NCBI GenBank assembly: GCA_963719085.1
Contig: CAVRAL010000001.1
Span: forward strand, 544,001-608,000
From: a candidate division FCPU426 bacterium
GTDB taxonomy: Bacteria; Oederibacteriota; Muellerivitia; Muellerivitales; Muellerivitaceae
Reading direction: 5' to 3'
DNA length: 64,000 bases
Shown here: one piece after another, positions 48,819 through 57,456 of the stretch
Layout: each line of letters starts with the position of its first letter
Numbering within the stretch: position 1 is the first letter of the stretch
Made by a program: the position numbers and the translations under genes
The notes under the pieces: generated by a model
What the model saw: the letters and a program-made list of their open reading frames with translations, nothing else
What the model was told of the DNA's origin: nothing
Database searches by the model: none

Positions 48819-49661
48819 ATGAAAATCCCTTTTTGGATCGGTTTTTTGGGATGGGCGGTTGCCCCTGTGGTTTGGGGGGGAGATAGTTTCAAGGTCCCGC
48901 TTTATGATCCGGCGACCCACCAGGACATTCCGGCTCCCGGCCAACCGGCGTTCACCGCGACGCCCACGGCCGTCTTTTCTCCCGTGCCGACCGAGCCGCC
49001 GCAATCCTCCCTGACCCCGGTTTCGACCCGGGCTGGTTCCTTGCCCGGGCCTTTGAGCGCTCCCCAGTGGAATGAGGTGAAGACGGTTCCCGGAAACATT
49101 TCGACGGCTAAAAAAATGACGCCTTGGATGTCCTCGCTTGGAATTGGGCTCGATATACCGGCCGGCGCCCATGTTCAAAAGGGTTATGCCGTGGGGTTTG
49201 ACCTGAATTTGGGAACCGGGTATCGGCTCAACAGCCAGTGGTCGTTTTGGCTTAATTTGGCTTTAGGACAATTCAGCTCCCGGGACGACACGTTGACCCA
49301 AAACAATAACTTCATGATGATTGAGGCGGCTTTTTGGGCGCGTTATCGGATCAGCGAGGGTGATTTCAGCCCTTATCTTTTCGCCGGGCCGGGGTTGGCT
49401 TATAACGAAAATCGAAACGATCAGGCGGCTCAATACGACCCGGGGACGGGCACTTATTATGTTCCCATCGACCAATATGAAGTCGATTTTTTAGCTGAGG
49501 GCGGTTTGGGATTGGATGTGCGGGCGGGGGATGGTTTCCATGTTTTCCTGCAAGGCAAAATAATTTGTGACTTCACCTCAAGGCCATTTGGCAATTACGC
49601 CTCGATGGACAGCCCGGTCCTATTGGTGCCGGTTGATCTCGGGGTCCTGTTCGGCTATTAA
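48819..49661 (+). CDS. Outer-membrane beta-barrel (OmpA/OmpW-like) with a Pro/Thr N-terminal linker
   Basis: Signal peptide; alternating beta strands; SPYLFAGPGLAY; terminal GVLFGY. Confidence 0.7.
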   Translation: MKIPFWIGFLGWAVAPVVWGGDSFKVPLYDPATHQDIPAPGQPAFTATPTAVFSPVPTEPPQSSLTPVSTRAGSLPGPLSAPQWNEVKTVPGNISTAKKMTPWMSSLGIGLDIPAGAHVQKGYAVGFDLNLGTGYRLNSQWSFWLNLALGQFSSRDDTLTQNNNFMMIEAAFWARYRISEGDFSPYLFAGPGLAYNENRNDQAAQYDPGTGTYYVPIDQYEVDFLAEGGLGLDVRAGDGFHVFLQGKIICDFTSRPFGNYASMDSPVLLVPVDLGVLFGY

Positions 49662-49842
49662 ACGGAAGCGATTCCTGTTTCACGCGGGATTCAGTGTCAG
49701 ATGAGGCGACTCTCCGCTCAAAATTCCTCGATTTGTGAACTTGTCGGCCTCATTTCCTTGGTTCTTCACTTCATCATTCCTGAAAAATGACGTTATGCAA
49801 GGGGTGTCCTTGTATTCAAAAGGGCGGTTATGGGGGAATCGG

Positions 49843-51372
49843 GTGGATAAGTTGGATTTGAGAAAATTTCGATCGGTTTTAATAGTTGGATTTTTATTCA
49901 TCCCCGGTTGGGGATTGGCCCAAATGACCGATACCCCGACTGAAACGCCTGTTTTTACCGATACGCCGTCAAGTACCCCGTCCTGGACCGGTACTTTCAC
50001 GTCTACGGCCACGGTTTTTTTATCCCCCACTCCAACCCCGACCGCCACTTTGGTTTTGACGCCTCCTTGCGGAACCGTGAACATATTTGGAAACTCGTCC
50101 ACGGCTAATACCGCCGGAGGGGCCGCTTCGTACAATCCGGGCGAGCGGGCCAGTGTTTTTCCCTTAGCGGGCGGGGGAGTGGTTTACAGTATTTCGCTTT
50201 ACGCCCAAGCCAGCGACGTGGGGATTCCGGTGGTGGCGGCTATTTTTAGCGGTGTGCCGGGCGTGATCGGCGGTTTGATTGTCCAATCGGCGCCTCAAAC
50301 CCTGGTGTTGGGCTGGAATGTCATTCCGGTTCAACCAACTTACTTGAACGCGAATTATTATTGGTTAGCCTATATGTTTGGAGGCTCCAGCTATCATGTG
50401 ACGGCCCAAACCGCCGCCGCGAACAGCGGCGTTTATACGACTTCCACGGTTACTTTCGGGTCTTTCTCCTCCTCCTTTACGGCGCCAACCACTATTTCGG
50501 TTTCAGACGCGATCTATGCCAACTATTGCCTGGCTACGGCAACCCCGACTTATTCTCCAACGATCACCTGGACTCCCACGGTGACCTTGAGCCCGAGCTT
50601 TACCCCGACGCCGACTTTGACGGATACCTTTACACCCAGCTTGACCCCAACCCCCAGCGTGACCGATACGCCGTCCCTAAGTCCGACCATGACGGCCAGC
50701 GAAACGCCTTCGGAGACTTCGACTTTAACCCTCACGGTCACTTTGACGCCGCAGGCTACCGATACGCCGACTTCCACTTGGACGGCCAGTTTGACGCCCT
50801 CTCAAACCTTGACGCAAAGCCCTACCGTGACGGATATCCCAACCGCGACAACGACCAGCGGCCTATCACCCACGGTGACTTTCACCGTAACTGTAACTGA
50901 AACGCCAACCGCTTCCGCGACTTTTAGCCCTTCCTCGACCCCCAGTCCCCTCGAAACCCAGACCTTGAGCCCCACGTTAACGCCCACGGTTTTGTCCACG
51001 ACTACCTTTACCGAGACGCCGACCGCGACCGTTTCGGCGACTTCAACGGCAACCGCGCTTTTGCCCAGTCCGACTTCTACGGCCACCGTCGGAGGGCCGT
51101 CTTCGCCCATCCTTTATCCCAATCCGATCCGTGGAAACGGCCCGGTTCAGTTTCAAGTCGACTTTGGGTCACCCCACGATTACGTGACGGTCCGGGTTTT
51201 TACGACGGCTTTCCGGAAAATTTACGAGACCCAAGACAAAAACGTTCCGGCGGGCGTCTATACAAAGGATCTAACTGGTTTTCAGCTCTCGGATACGGCG
51301 AATGGAATTTATTACGTGGTGATCACAACACCGACCGAGCGGTGGATGGATAAGCTTTTGATTCTTCGTTGA
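49843..51372 (+). CDS. Secreted Thr/Pro/Ser-rich protein with a Cys-bracketed beta-sandwich domain and a T9SS type-A-like CTD
   Basis: Probable GTG start at 49843; signal peptide ...GWGLAQ; TPT repeats; ILYPNP...VRVFTTAFRKI...ANGIYYVVI...KLLILR. Confidence 0.8.
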   Translation: MDKLDLRKFRSVLIVGFLFIPGWGLAQMTDTPTETPVFTDTPSSTPSWTGTFTSTATVFLSPTPTPTATLVLTPPCGTVNIFGNSSTANTAGGAASYNPGERASVFPLAGGGVVYSISLYAQASDVGIPVVAAIFSGVPGVIGGLIVQSAPQTLVLGWNVIPVQPTYLNANYYWLAYMFGGSSYHVTAQTAAANSGVYTTSTVTFGSFSSSFTAPTTISVSDAIYANYCLATATPTYSPTITWTPTVTLSPSFTPTPTLTDTFTPSLTPTPSVTDTPSLSPTMTASETPSETSTLTLTVTLTPQATDTPTSTWTASLTPSQTLTQSPTVTDIPTATTTSGLSPTVTFTVTVTETPTASATFSPSSTPSPLETQTLSPTLTPTVLSTTTFTETPTATVSATSTATALLPSPTSTATVGGPSSPILYPNPIRGNGPVQFQVDFGSPHDYVTVRVFTTAFRKIYETQDKNVPAGVYTKDLTGFQLSDTANGIYYVVITTPTERWMDKLLILR

Positions 51373-51393
51373 AACGCGGCGGGAGTGGAAGCG

Positions 51394-51723
51394 ATGCATA
51401 TTCATAACGACAATAATTACTTGAGAATGCTCGCGCAAAGCCAAGCCCTGGCCCAGGCGGCCGCGGAGTCGGGAAAAGACCGCCAGGTGGACCGGGCGAG
51501 GGCCCAAGCGGCCGAAGCGGTTCAAAAGTTGAATGAAGCGGCGAAAGAAGCCGAAAAGAAAAAAATGGCCCTGGAAGGGGAGCGCGCCGGGGACGGGAAC
51601 CAGCAAAGCGCCCCGGGCTATCGTCCCGCGGGCTATTCGAAAGATGGGAAATTGAGCGAGGAAGGGGAAGGTGATTCGCCCAAGCCTCCGCCAAGTCAGG
51701 GGCGGATTGACATCCGAATTTAA
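51394..51723 (+). CDS. Hypothetical coiled-coil protein ending in GRIDIRI
   Basis: SD GGGAG; Ala/Glu/Lys-rich helix; C-terminal GxIDIxI motif reminiscent of YjfB-type motility proteins. Confidence 0.6.
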   Translation: MHIHNDNNYLRMLAQSQALAQAAAESGKDRQVDRARAQAAEAVQKLNEAAKEAEKKKMALEGERAGDGNQQSAPGYRPAGYSKDGKLSEEGEGDSPKPPPSQGRIDIRI

Positions 51724-51790
51724 CTATTTTCAATCTGAGGCGGAGTTTTTGATTGAATGGGTTTGCCGGATGGGGCGGAAAACGGGTCCG

Positions 51791-51827
51791 AAAATAAAAA
51801 GGACAACCGCTTGAAGCGGTTGTCCTT
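51791..51827 (-). terminator. Intrinsic terminator for the GlsB/YeaQ gene
   Basis: AAGGACAACCGC-TTGAA-GCGGTTGTCCTT, with an A-rich run on its left. Confidence 0.8.
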
Positions 51828-51842
51828 GAACTTTGGAAAAGT

Positions 51843-52097
51843 TTACTTTCTTTTTTTAACGATTCGGACCACATAGAGCAAAAGCAACGCGCCGATGACG
51901 GCTAGAATAATGGAACCCAGAAGCCCATAGCTTCCGATCCCCAGCATGCCGAATAGCCACCAGCCCACAATCGCTCCCAACACGCCGACGACCAGGTCTC
52001 CCCCCAAGCCGAAACCTTTTCCCTTCATTATCTTCCCGGCCAAAAAGCCGGCGATTAAACCGACGAATAAAATATAAACAAGATCATTGATGTACAT
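51843..52097 (-). CDS. GlsB/YeaQ/YmgE (transglycosylase-associated) membrane protein
   Basis: GLIAGFLAGKIMKGKGFGLGGDLVVGVLGAIVG...GSIILAVIGALLLL. Confidence 0.92.
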   Translation of the reverse strand: MYINDLVYILFVGLIAGFLAGKIMKGKGFGLGGDLVVGVLGAIVGWWLFGMLGIGSYGLLGSIILAVIGALLLLYVVRIVKKRK

Positions 52098-52343
52098 GGA
52101 ACTCTCCTTTTCGAAAATGTTGATGGCAGTTTGGGCCTAGTTGAAACTTATAGCAATCGATAGCGGAAGAATCTTTGGGGCGCAAAGCCGCCGGCGGACA
52201 AAAATATCAAAATGATGCCCCGCGTTATCATCTTGATTGTCCCGCCGTTTTCAAGGAAAGGAATTGACCAGTATTTCACGGCCCGCTTCTTGCTTTAAAG
52301 GCGGGGAGGGTGGATGAAATTTAAATCATAAAGGATGTTCAAA

Positions 52344-52490
52344 ATGCTTTATACGATTGCCGTGGTATTGTTGATTCTCTGGCTTTTAGGTTTGGTGAGT
52401 TCTTACACGATGGGCGGTTTTATCCATGTGTTTCTGGTTGTGGCGCTGATTATTGTGGTCATTGGATTTTTGCAAGGCCGTAAATCCTGA
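52344..52490 (+). CDS. lmo0937-family (DUF5670-like) small membrane protein, 48 aa; absent from the ORF track
   Basis: MLYTIAVVLLILWLLGLVSSYTMGGFIHVFLVVALIIVVIGFLQGRKS; SD AAGGA. Confidence 0.9.
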   Translation: MLYTIAVVLLILWLLGLVSSYTMGGFIHVFLVVALIIVVIGFLQGRKS

Positions 52491-52512
52491 TTTTGAGGCC
52501 GAAGGCGTAATG

Positions 52513-52542
52513 AAAAAGGCGGCGGTGGTTCCGCCGCCTTTT
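52513..52542. terminator. Bidirectional terminator between convergent genes
   Basis: AAAAAGGCGGCGG-TGGTT-CCGCCGCCTTTT. Confidence 0.8.
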
Positions 52543-52572
52543 AACAAAAATCTTGAGTTGGAAGCTCGTCTT

Positions 52573-53724
52573 TTAAGCGAGTGGTTTCTCGTAGATGCGG
52601 TATTTCTTGATGATTTTCCCGCCCATGGCCGCGATGCCGTTGTTGATGCCCTCGTTATCTTCCAAGGTCCAGGACAACTCGCCGCCCTTGATTTTGCGCT
52701 TATTGCCGGTCTTTAAGGCTTCCAAGTAAAGCACGGCTTCCAGGCCTTTTTTGCGGTATTCGGGGAGCACGCCCATGGCCATTTCCCGGGTATCGTCAAA
52801 CTTACAGGTGAGGAATTTCACTAGGGCGAAGGGATCGTGCCAGGAAAAAAGTTCCCCGTCCATCTTGATGAGCGCTTGGTTGACATCCGGAACCACCAAG
52901 TTAAAACCGATGGCCTTGCCTTCCACTTCGGCAAACACCACAAAGTCGGGCCAGACGATGTCCTTAAGTTTTTTGACCTGGTAATTAAACTCTTCGTCCG
53001 TCATCGGGACAAAGCCCCAGTTTTTCTCCCAAATTTTGTTGTAAAGCTCTTTCAAAATGGCGGCGTCTTCGTAAAGCTTTTTCATGTTGAGCGGACGAAT
53101 AGTGATTTTTTCCCGCTGTTTCGTGCGCTCGGCGATTTTGACGATGCGTTCGGGCAGCTCAATCTGGGCGCTGAGATACCAGGCGTAAAGATCCTTGGCT
53201 TTGGTCAAGCCCGCTTTTTGGGACAGGTCGTGGTAATAAGGCGGGTTATAGGTCATGGCGATGCGGGCGGGGGAGTCATAACCTTCCAAAAGAAACCCGA
53301 AATAATCGTCGTTCGAGGTAAAGCTGGCGGGGCCGCGCATGCTGGTCATTCCTTCGGCCTTGAGAAATTTTCCGGCTTCTTGGAACAAAGCTTGGGCCGC
53401 CGATAGGTCGTTGACACATTCAAACCAACCGAAGAAACCTACCTTCTCGTTCCAAAACTTGATGAAATTGTCGTCCACGCTGGCTGAGATGCGGCCCACC
53501 ATTTCGTTTTTATCGTCGTAAGCGGCGAAGAGGGCCACCTTGGCGTGCTTCCAGAAGGGGTTTTTGTTGGGGTTTAACAGGCTTCGTTGATCATCCAGAA
53601 AGGGAGGGACCCAGTTGGGATCTTTTTTACCGTCGGCGGTTTTATAGATTTTCCAAGGGAGATGAAGAAAGGCTTCCAATTCTTTTTTGTTTTCGACATG
53701 GATCGGCTTAACCGTGACGGCCAT
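52573..53724 (-). CDS. GNAT-fold acyltransferase, bacterial ceramide synthase (bCerS/YghO-like)
   Basis: FLHLPWKIY..DPNWVPP, VGRISA, GFFGWFE, MRGP, YNPPYY, WEKNWGFVPMT, GVLPEYRKKGL, LSWTLEDN; directly downstream of the SPT-like gene. Confidence 0.82.
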   Translation of the reverse strand: MAVTVKPIHVENKKELEAFLHLPWKIYKTADGKKDPNWVPPFLDDQRSLLNPNKNPFWKHAKVALFAAYDDKNEMVGRISASVDDNFIKFWNEKVGFFGWFECVNDLSAAQALFQEAGKFLKAEGMTSMRGPASFTSNDDYFGFLLEGYDSPARIAMTYNPPYYHDLSQKAGLTKAKDLYAWYLSAQIELPERIVKIAERTKQREKITIRPLNMKKLYEDAAILKELYNKIWEKNWGFVPMTDEEFNYQVKKLKDIVWPDFVVFAEVEGKAIGFNLVVPDVNQALIKMDGELFSWHDPFALVKFLTCKFDDTREMAMGVLPEYRKKGLEAVLYLEALKTGNKRKIKGGELSWTLEDNEGINNGIAAMGGKIIKKYRIYEKPLA

Positions 53725-53774
53725 GGCAAGCTCCTTCAAGAGAATGAGGTTTTATTTGATTCAAAAACCAGGGA

Positions 53775-54956
53775 TCAGGGAATCAATCCGTATTTTTTTC
53801 CAACTTTTTGAAAGCTTTCCAACACGTGGGTGAGTTGGGCGTCGGTATGGGTGGAAGTGTAGGACGTGCGGATCAAAGTTTTTTCGGACGGAACGGCCGG
53901 CGAGACGATGGGCGTCGCGAAGACACCCATTTCGCCCAGTTCCTTCGTGATGGCGAAGGTTTTCATGTTGTCGCCGATCATCAAAGGAATGATGGCTGAA
54001 TCGGTATTAAGCGTGTTCCAGCCCATGGCCTTAAATTCCGAGCGCATGCGCTTGATGATTTCCCAAAGACGCGTGCGGCGTTCGGGCTCCCGTTTGATGA
54101 TTTCCAGGCTTTTTAAAGCCGCGGCCGTATCGGCGGGGGACAGGCTTGCGGTAAAGATAAGTGGACGGCTGTTGTGCCGCAAATAATCGATCACTTTGTG
54201 GGTGGAGGCGATGAAGCCCCCGATGGAAACGAGGGATTTGGAGAAGGTTCCCATGACCATATCCACGTCTTTTTGGACCCCGAAATGGGCGCCGACGCCT
54301 TCGCCTTGCGGACCCAAGACTCCGATCGAATGGGCCTCGTCGACCATGAGCCGGGCGTTGTACTTTTTCTTTAATTCCACGATTTTGGGCAAGTTGCAAA
54401 TATCGCCCCCCATGGAAAAGACGCCGTCGGTCACGATCAGTTTGGGATCATCGGCATGGTTGGCCAAGACCCGTTCAAGCTCTTCCATGTTGCTATGCTC
54501 ATATTTGACTGTTTTGGCGAAGGAGAGTTTTTGGCCGTCCACAATGGAGGCGTGATTCTCCCGGTCGGAGATGATGTAGTCGCCCCGGTTGGCGATGGTG
54601 GAAAGCGCGCCCAGATTGGCCAAAAAACCCGTGGAATAAACCAGGGCTGATTCCATATGGACGTAATCGGCCAGTTTTTCCTCAAGTTCCACCCGAATAT
54701 CCAAGGTGCCGTTTAAGAAGGGGGAACCGGTGCAGGCGGAGCCGTATTTACGAACCGCCTGGACCATGGCTTCCAAGACTTCGGGGTGGGTGACCAGCCC
54801 CAGGTAGTTGTTGGAGCCGACCATGATCATTTTTTTGCCGCCGATGGTCACTTCGGTTCCCATTTGGGAGGTGTTAGGGCGGAAATAAGGATAGACGCCC
54901 GCCTTGCGGACATCGTCCGCGGCCGTCCAATTGTTCGCCTTGTCAAAAATGTCCAT
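53775..54956 (-). CDS. spt: PLP-dependent alpha-oxoamine synthase, probably serine palmitoyltransferase
   Basis: GVYPYFR, GSNNYLGL, FLNGTLD, DRENHASI, TDGVFSMGGD, DEAH, GTFSKSL (PLP lysine); ATG at 54956 with SD AGAGG; flanked by bCerS-like and reductase genes. Confidence 0.8.
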   Translation of the reverse strand: MDIFDKANNWTAADDVRKAGVYPYFRPNTSQMGTEVTIGGKKMIMVGSNNYLGLVTHPEVLEAMVQAVRKYGSACTGSPFLNGTLDIRVELEEKLADYVHMESALVYSTGFLANLGALSTIANRGDYIISDRENHASIVDGQKLSFAKTVKYEHSNMEELERVLANHADDPKLIVTDGVFSMGGDICNLPKIVELKKKYNARLMVDEAHSIGVLGPQGEGVGAHFGVQKDVDMVMGTFSKSLVSIGGFIASTHKVIDYLRHNSRPLIFTASLSPADTAAALKSLEIIKREPERRTRLWEIIKRMRSEFKAMGWNTLNTDSAIIPLMIGDNMKTFAITKELGEMGVFATPIVSPAVPSEKTLIRTSYTSTHTDAQLTHVLESFQKVGKKYGLIP

Positions 54957-55024
54957 GACACCTCTTTTTTGAGTTGTGATCGTTTCGGGTTCCACGCTGT
55001 TTCCTTGCTTCAAAAGGTGCGGGC

Positions 55025-55054
55025 ATTATAAGATAGCGCCGCTATGTTAATCAA
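55025..55054 (-). promoter_or_regulatory. Sigma70-like spt promoter with a palindrome in the spacer
   Basis: Minus strand TTGATT-N18-TATAAT; the spacer holds ATAGCG-C-CGCTAT (55033-55045). Confidence 0.5.
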
Positions 55055-55084
55055 ATTATTTACCCCCCAATTCCCTTAGTTTCC

Positions 55085-56068
55085 ATGAACTTTCCTATCC
55101 TTGTGACCGGCGCCAGCGGATTTGTGGGAGGCCATTTGGTCGAGGCGCTCACCCGTCAAAAAAAGAAAGTCAAACTGCTCGTCCGCTCTTCCAGCCGGCT
55201 GATTTTTAAACGTACCGCGAATCTTGAACTATGCGAGGGGGATGTCACCGACAAGCCGTCCGTCGAAAAAGCCATGCGAGGGGTTGAGACGGTCTATCAT
55301 TTGGCGGGTCTTTTGCGGGGGGCGAATTACGCCGATTACGAAAAGGTCAATGTCGATGGCACGCGGAATATTTGCGAGGCCTTCGCCCGCCAAAAGAAAA
55401 AGAACCGGTTGATTTACGTTAGCTCGCTTTCGGCCGCCGGACCCTCTGAAAAGAATGGCGCGTTGACCGAAGAAATGGCCCCCCGGCCCGTCAGTTTTTA
55501 TGGTCAAACCAAACTCGGCGGGGAAGAAGTGGTGCGGTCTTACCGGCGACGGATGAAAATAGTCATCCTTCGTCCGGGTGCGGTTTACGGTCCCCGGGAA
55601 AAAGACATTCTCGAATATTTTAAAATGGTGAGGCAAGGGTGGGTTTTGATTCCCGGCAAAGGGTCTTTGGAAGTCAGCTTTGTTTATGTGGCGGACTTGG
55701 TCCAGGCGATCCTTTTGGCCGGGAAATCCCCGAAGGCCCCGGGAAACACCTTTTTTGTCTCTGATGGGAAAAGTTACACTTGGGAAGATTACTCAGCGGT
55801 GATCGGGAAGGCCCTCCACCGCCCCTTCCGTGTTTTGCATGTGCCCATGGTTTTAGTCAAAGGTACGGGCTATTTGGCCGATTTAAAGGCCCGTCTTACC
55901 GGAAAGGCGTCCATTGTCAGTACGGATAAGATTAAAGAAGCGCCGGGCCCGGGATGGGTCTGCAGTAACGAAAAAATTGTAAGGAAATTGGGGTTTAGGC
56001 CCCGCTATGATATCGAGCAAGGCATCCGCCAATCGGTCGATTTCTATTTAAAAGCCGGGTGGATCTAA
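55085..56068 (+). CDS. NAD(P)-dependent extended SDR, probable ceramide/3-oxo-sphingolipid reductase (CerR-like)
   Basis: VTGASGFVG, YHLAG, NVDGT, YVSSLSAAGP, YGQTK, RPGAVYGP; divergent from spt. Confidence 0.72.
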   Translation: MNFPILVTGASGFVGGHLVEALTRQKKKVKLLVRSSSRLIFKRTANLELCEGDVTDKPSVEKAMRGVETVYHLAGLLRGANYADYEKVNVDGTRNICEAFARQKKKNRLIYVSSLSAAGPSEKNGALTEEMAPRPVSFYGQTKLGGEEVVRSYRRRMKIVILRPGAVYGPREKDILEYFKMVRQGWVLIPGKGSLEVSFVYVADLVQAILLAGKSPKAPGNTFFVSDGKSYTWEDYSAVIGKALHRPFRVLHVPMVLVKGTGYLADLKARLTGKASIVSTDKIKEAPGPGWVCSNEKIVRKLGFRPRYDIEQGIRQSVDFYLKAGWI

Positions 56069-56093
56069 GCCGAAAAATTTGGGGGAGACGACG

Positions 56094-57206
56094 ATGAAAT
56101 ATTTTCTTTTGGCTTTTTGCTTGTTGATGACGAGTTTCACCAAGGGTTGGGCCCAAGAGGGCTCCGTGGATTCGCTGCTTCCCCCCGACCACATTTTGGA
56201 GGATGTTCCCTGGCTGGACGATGGCGGCAAAGTGGAACAAAAGGGTCTTTTCAGCTTTGAGGATATCCGGGCGGTTGACTCAAAAGATTTACTTCTGATC
56301 TACCGCTCCTCGGACTCTTCCGAGGATTTGACCCAGCCTCATTCCCAAACCCTGGTGGTTTGTTTTTATAACCCGACCCAAAAAAAATATGAAAAAGCTT
56401 ATTCGGAAGAAGGACAGGAAATTCAATGGGTGAAAGTGGTGTCCGATATTTCGCTGAAAAAAAGCTTTCTTTTCGTGGACCGCTTGAACGCGGACGGACA
56501 GCAGGTTTTAAAGGCCTACGCCTGTTTGAATAATGTCATTCAGCCGGTTTTGGAAGCGCAAACAGCCCACGTTTACGCCGGCTTTTTGAACGATGCGAAG
56601 GGATTCTCGGTTCTCTGCTCCGACAAGGTCATCCCTCAAAGCGAGGCGGACGCGGAGCATTTGTTTAAGTGGAATGACGGGAAATCCCTTTTTGTGGAAG
56701 CGGCTTCCACGCCGGCGGATGGATGGATGGGTTCCTCGATCGCGGGCGCCGGATCGGTTGTGGCGGTGGCGACACCCGTCGCCTCAACTCCCCAGCCGGT
56801 CGCGGCCGCTGTAACGCCGCCATCAGCCGCGGCGACTCCGGTGGCCGTGATTTCAACTCCGGCCCCCGTGGCGGCTTCCACGGTGTCCAAGGATTGGTGG
56901 GGAACGCCTTTCGACGCCGCCGGCGCGTCGGCTAAGTTGGATAATGAAATTGTGCCGCAAGCCGTGAAGGCCGGACAAATGGCGGTCTTGGGCAAGAAGG
57001 CCAACGGCTTCTTCCAAAAGGCGCGCGAACAGGGCGTCAACGCGCCGGCGTTGGCCAAGATGAGGGCCGGTTACTACTTGGCGGTGGCCTCCACCCTTTC
57101 GGGGATGAGCCAGGATAAAGACGCGGCTTACTATTTGGATTTGGCTTTGAAGCTTGACCCGACTAATGCCCAGGCTCTGGATTTAAAAACGAAATTAAAA
57201 TCCTGA
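56094..57206 (+). CDS. Exported hypothetical protein with an Ala/Pro/Thr linker and C-terminal TPR-like helices
   Basis: Signal peptide (...KGWAQ); ATPVA-type linker; [15 protein letters not shown]. Confidence 0.7.
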   Translation: MKYFLLAFCLLMTSFTKGWAQEGSVDSLLPPDHILEDVPWLDDGGKVEQKGLFSFEDIRAVDSKDLLLIYRSSDSSEDLTQPHSQTLVVCFYNPTQKKYEKAYSEEGQEIQWVKVVSDISLKKSFLFVDRLNADGQQVLKAYACLNNVIQPVLEAQTAHVYAGFLNDAKGFSVLCSDKVIPQSEADAEHLFKWNDGKSLFVEAASTPADGWMGSSIAGAGSVVAVATPVASTPQPVAAAVTPPSAAATPVAVISTPAPVAASTVSKDWWGTPFDAAGASAKLDNEIVPQAVKAGQMAVLGKKANGFFQKAREQGVNAPALAKMRAGYYLAVASTLSGMSQDKDAAYYLDLALKLDPTNAQALDLKTKLKS

Positions 57207-57227
57207 GGGTTCTGGCTTCGGCGCGCA

Positions 57228-57260
57228 ATAAAAAAGCCGCAGACTTTGGGTCTGCGGCTT
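57228..57260 (-). terminator. Intrinsic terminator after tRNA-Leu
   Basis: AAGCCGCAGAC-TTTGG-GTCTGCGGCTT, with an A run on its left. Confidence 0.8.
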
Positions 57261-57267
57261 AACATAA

Positions 57268-57351
57268 TGGTGCCCGAGGCGGGACTCGAACCCGCACGGG
57301 TTTCCCCATACGCACCTCAAGCGTACGTGTCTGCCATTTCACCACCCGGGC
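57268..57351 (-). tRNA. tRNA-Leu(GAG)
   Basis: Minus strand GCCCGGG...CTCGGGC-ACCA, 84 nt; anticodon arm TACGC-TTGAGGT-GCGTA; long variable arm. Confidence 0.97.
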
Positions 57352-57386
57352 CTGTCAATCAAGAAATCAGAGGTTGAGGGGAAGTC

Positions 57387-57414
57387 ATTATACTTAGCGA
57401 CTTTTGATTGTCAA
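57387..57414 (-). promoter_or_regulatory. Sigma70 promoter for tRNA-Leu
   Basis: Minus strand TTGACA-N16-TATAAT. Confidence 0.85.
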
Positions 57415-57456
57415 CCAAGCCGGTTTTAGGTTTGATTTTTTGTTGAAGAGGTCTTC

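Noticed and set aside
52151..52225. GGGGCGCAAAGCCGCCGG resembling the core of a c-di-GMP-I riboswitch
   Set aside because: I could not find the GGCAAACC/GNRA P2 stem or a closing P3/P1. An Infernal scan would settle it.
53775..54956. Calling the AOS enzyme BioF or KBL
   Set aside because: No bio or tdh genes are nearby and the bCerS/reductase context favours SPT. This is not formally excluded without a phylogeny.
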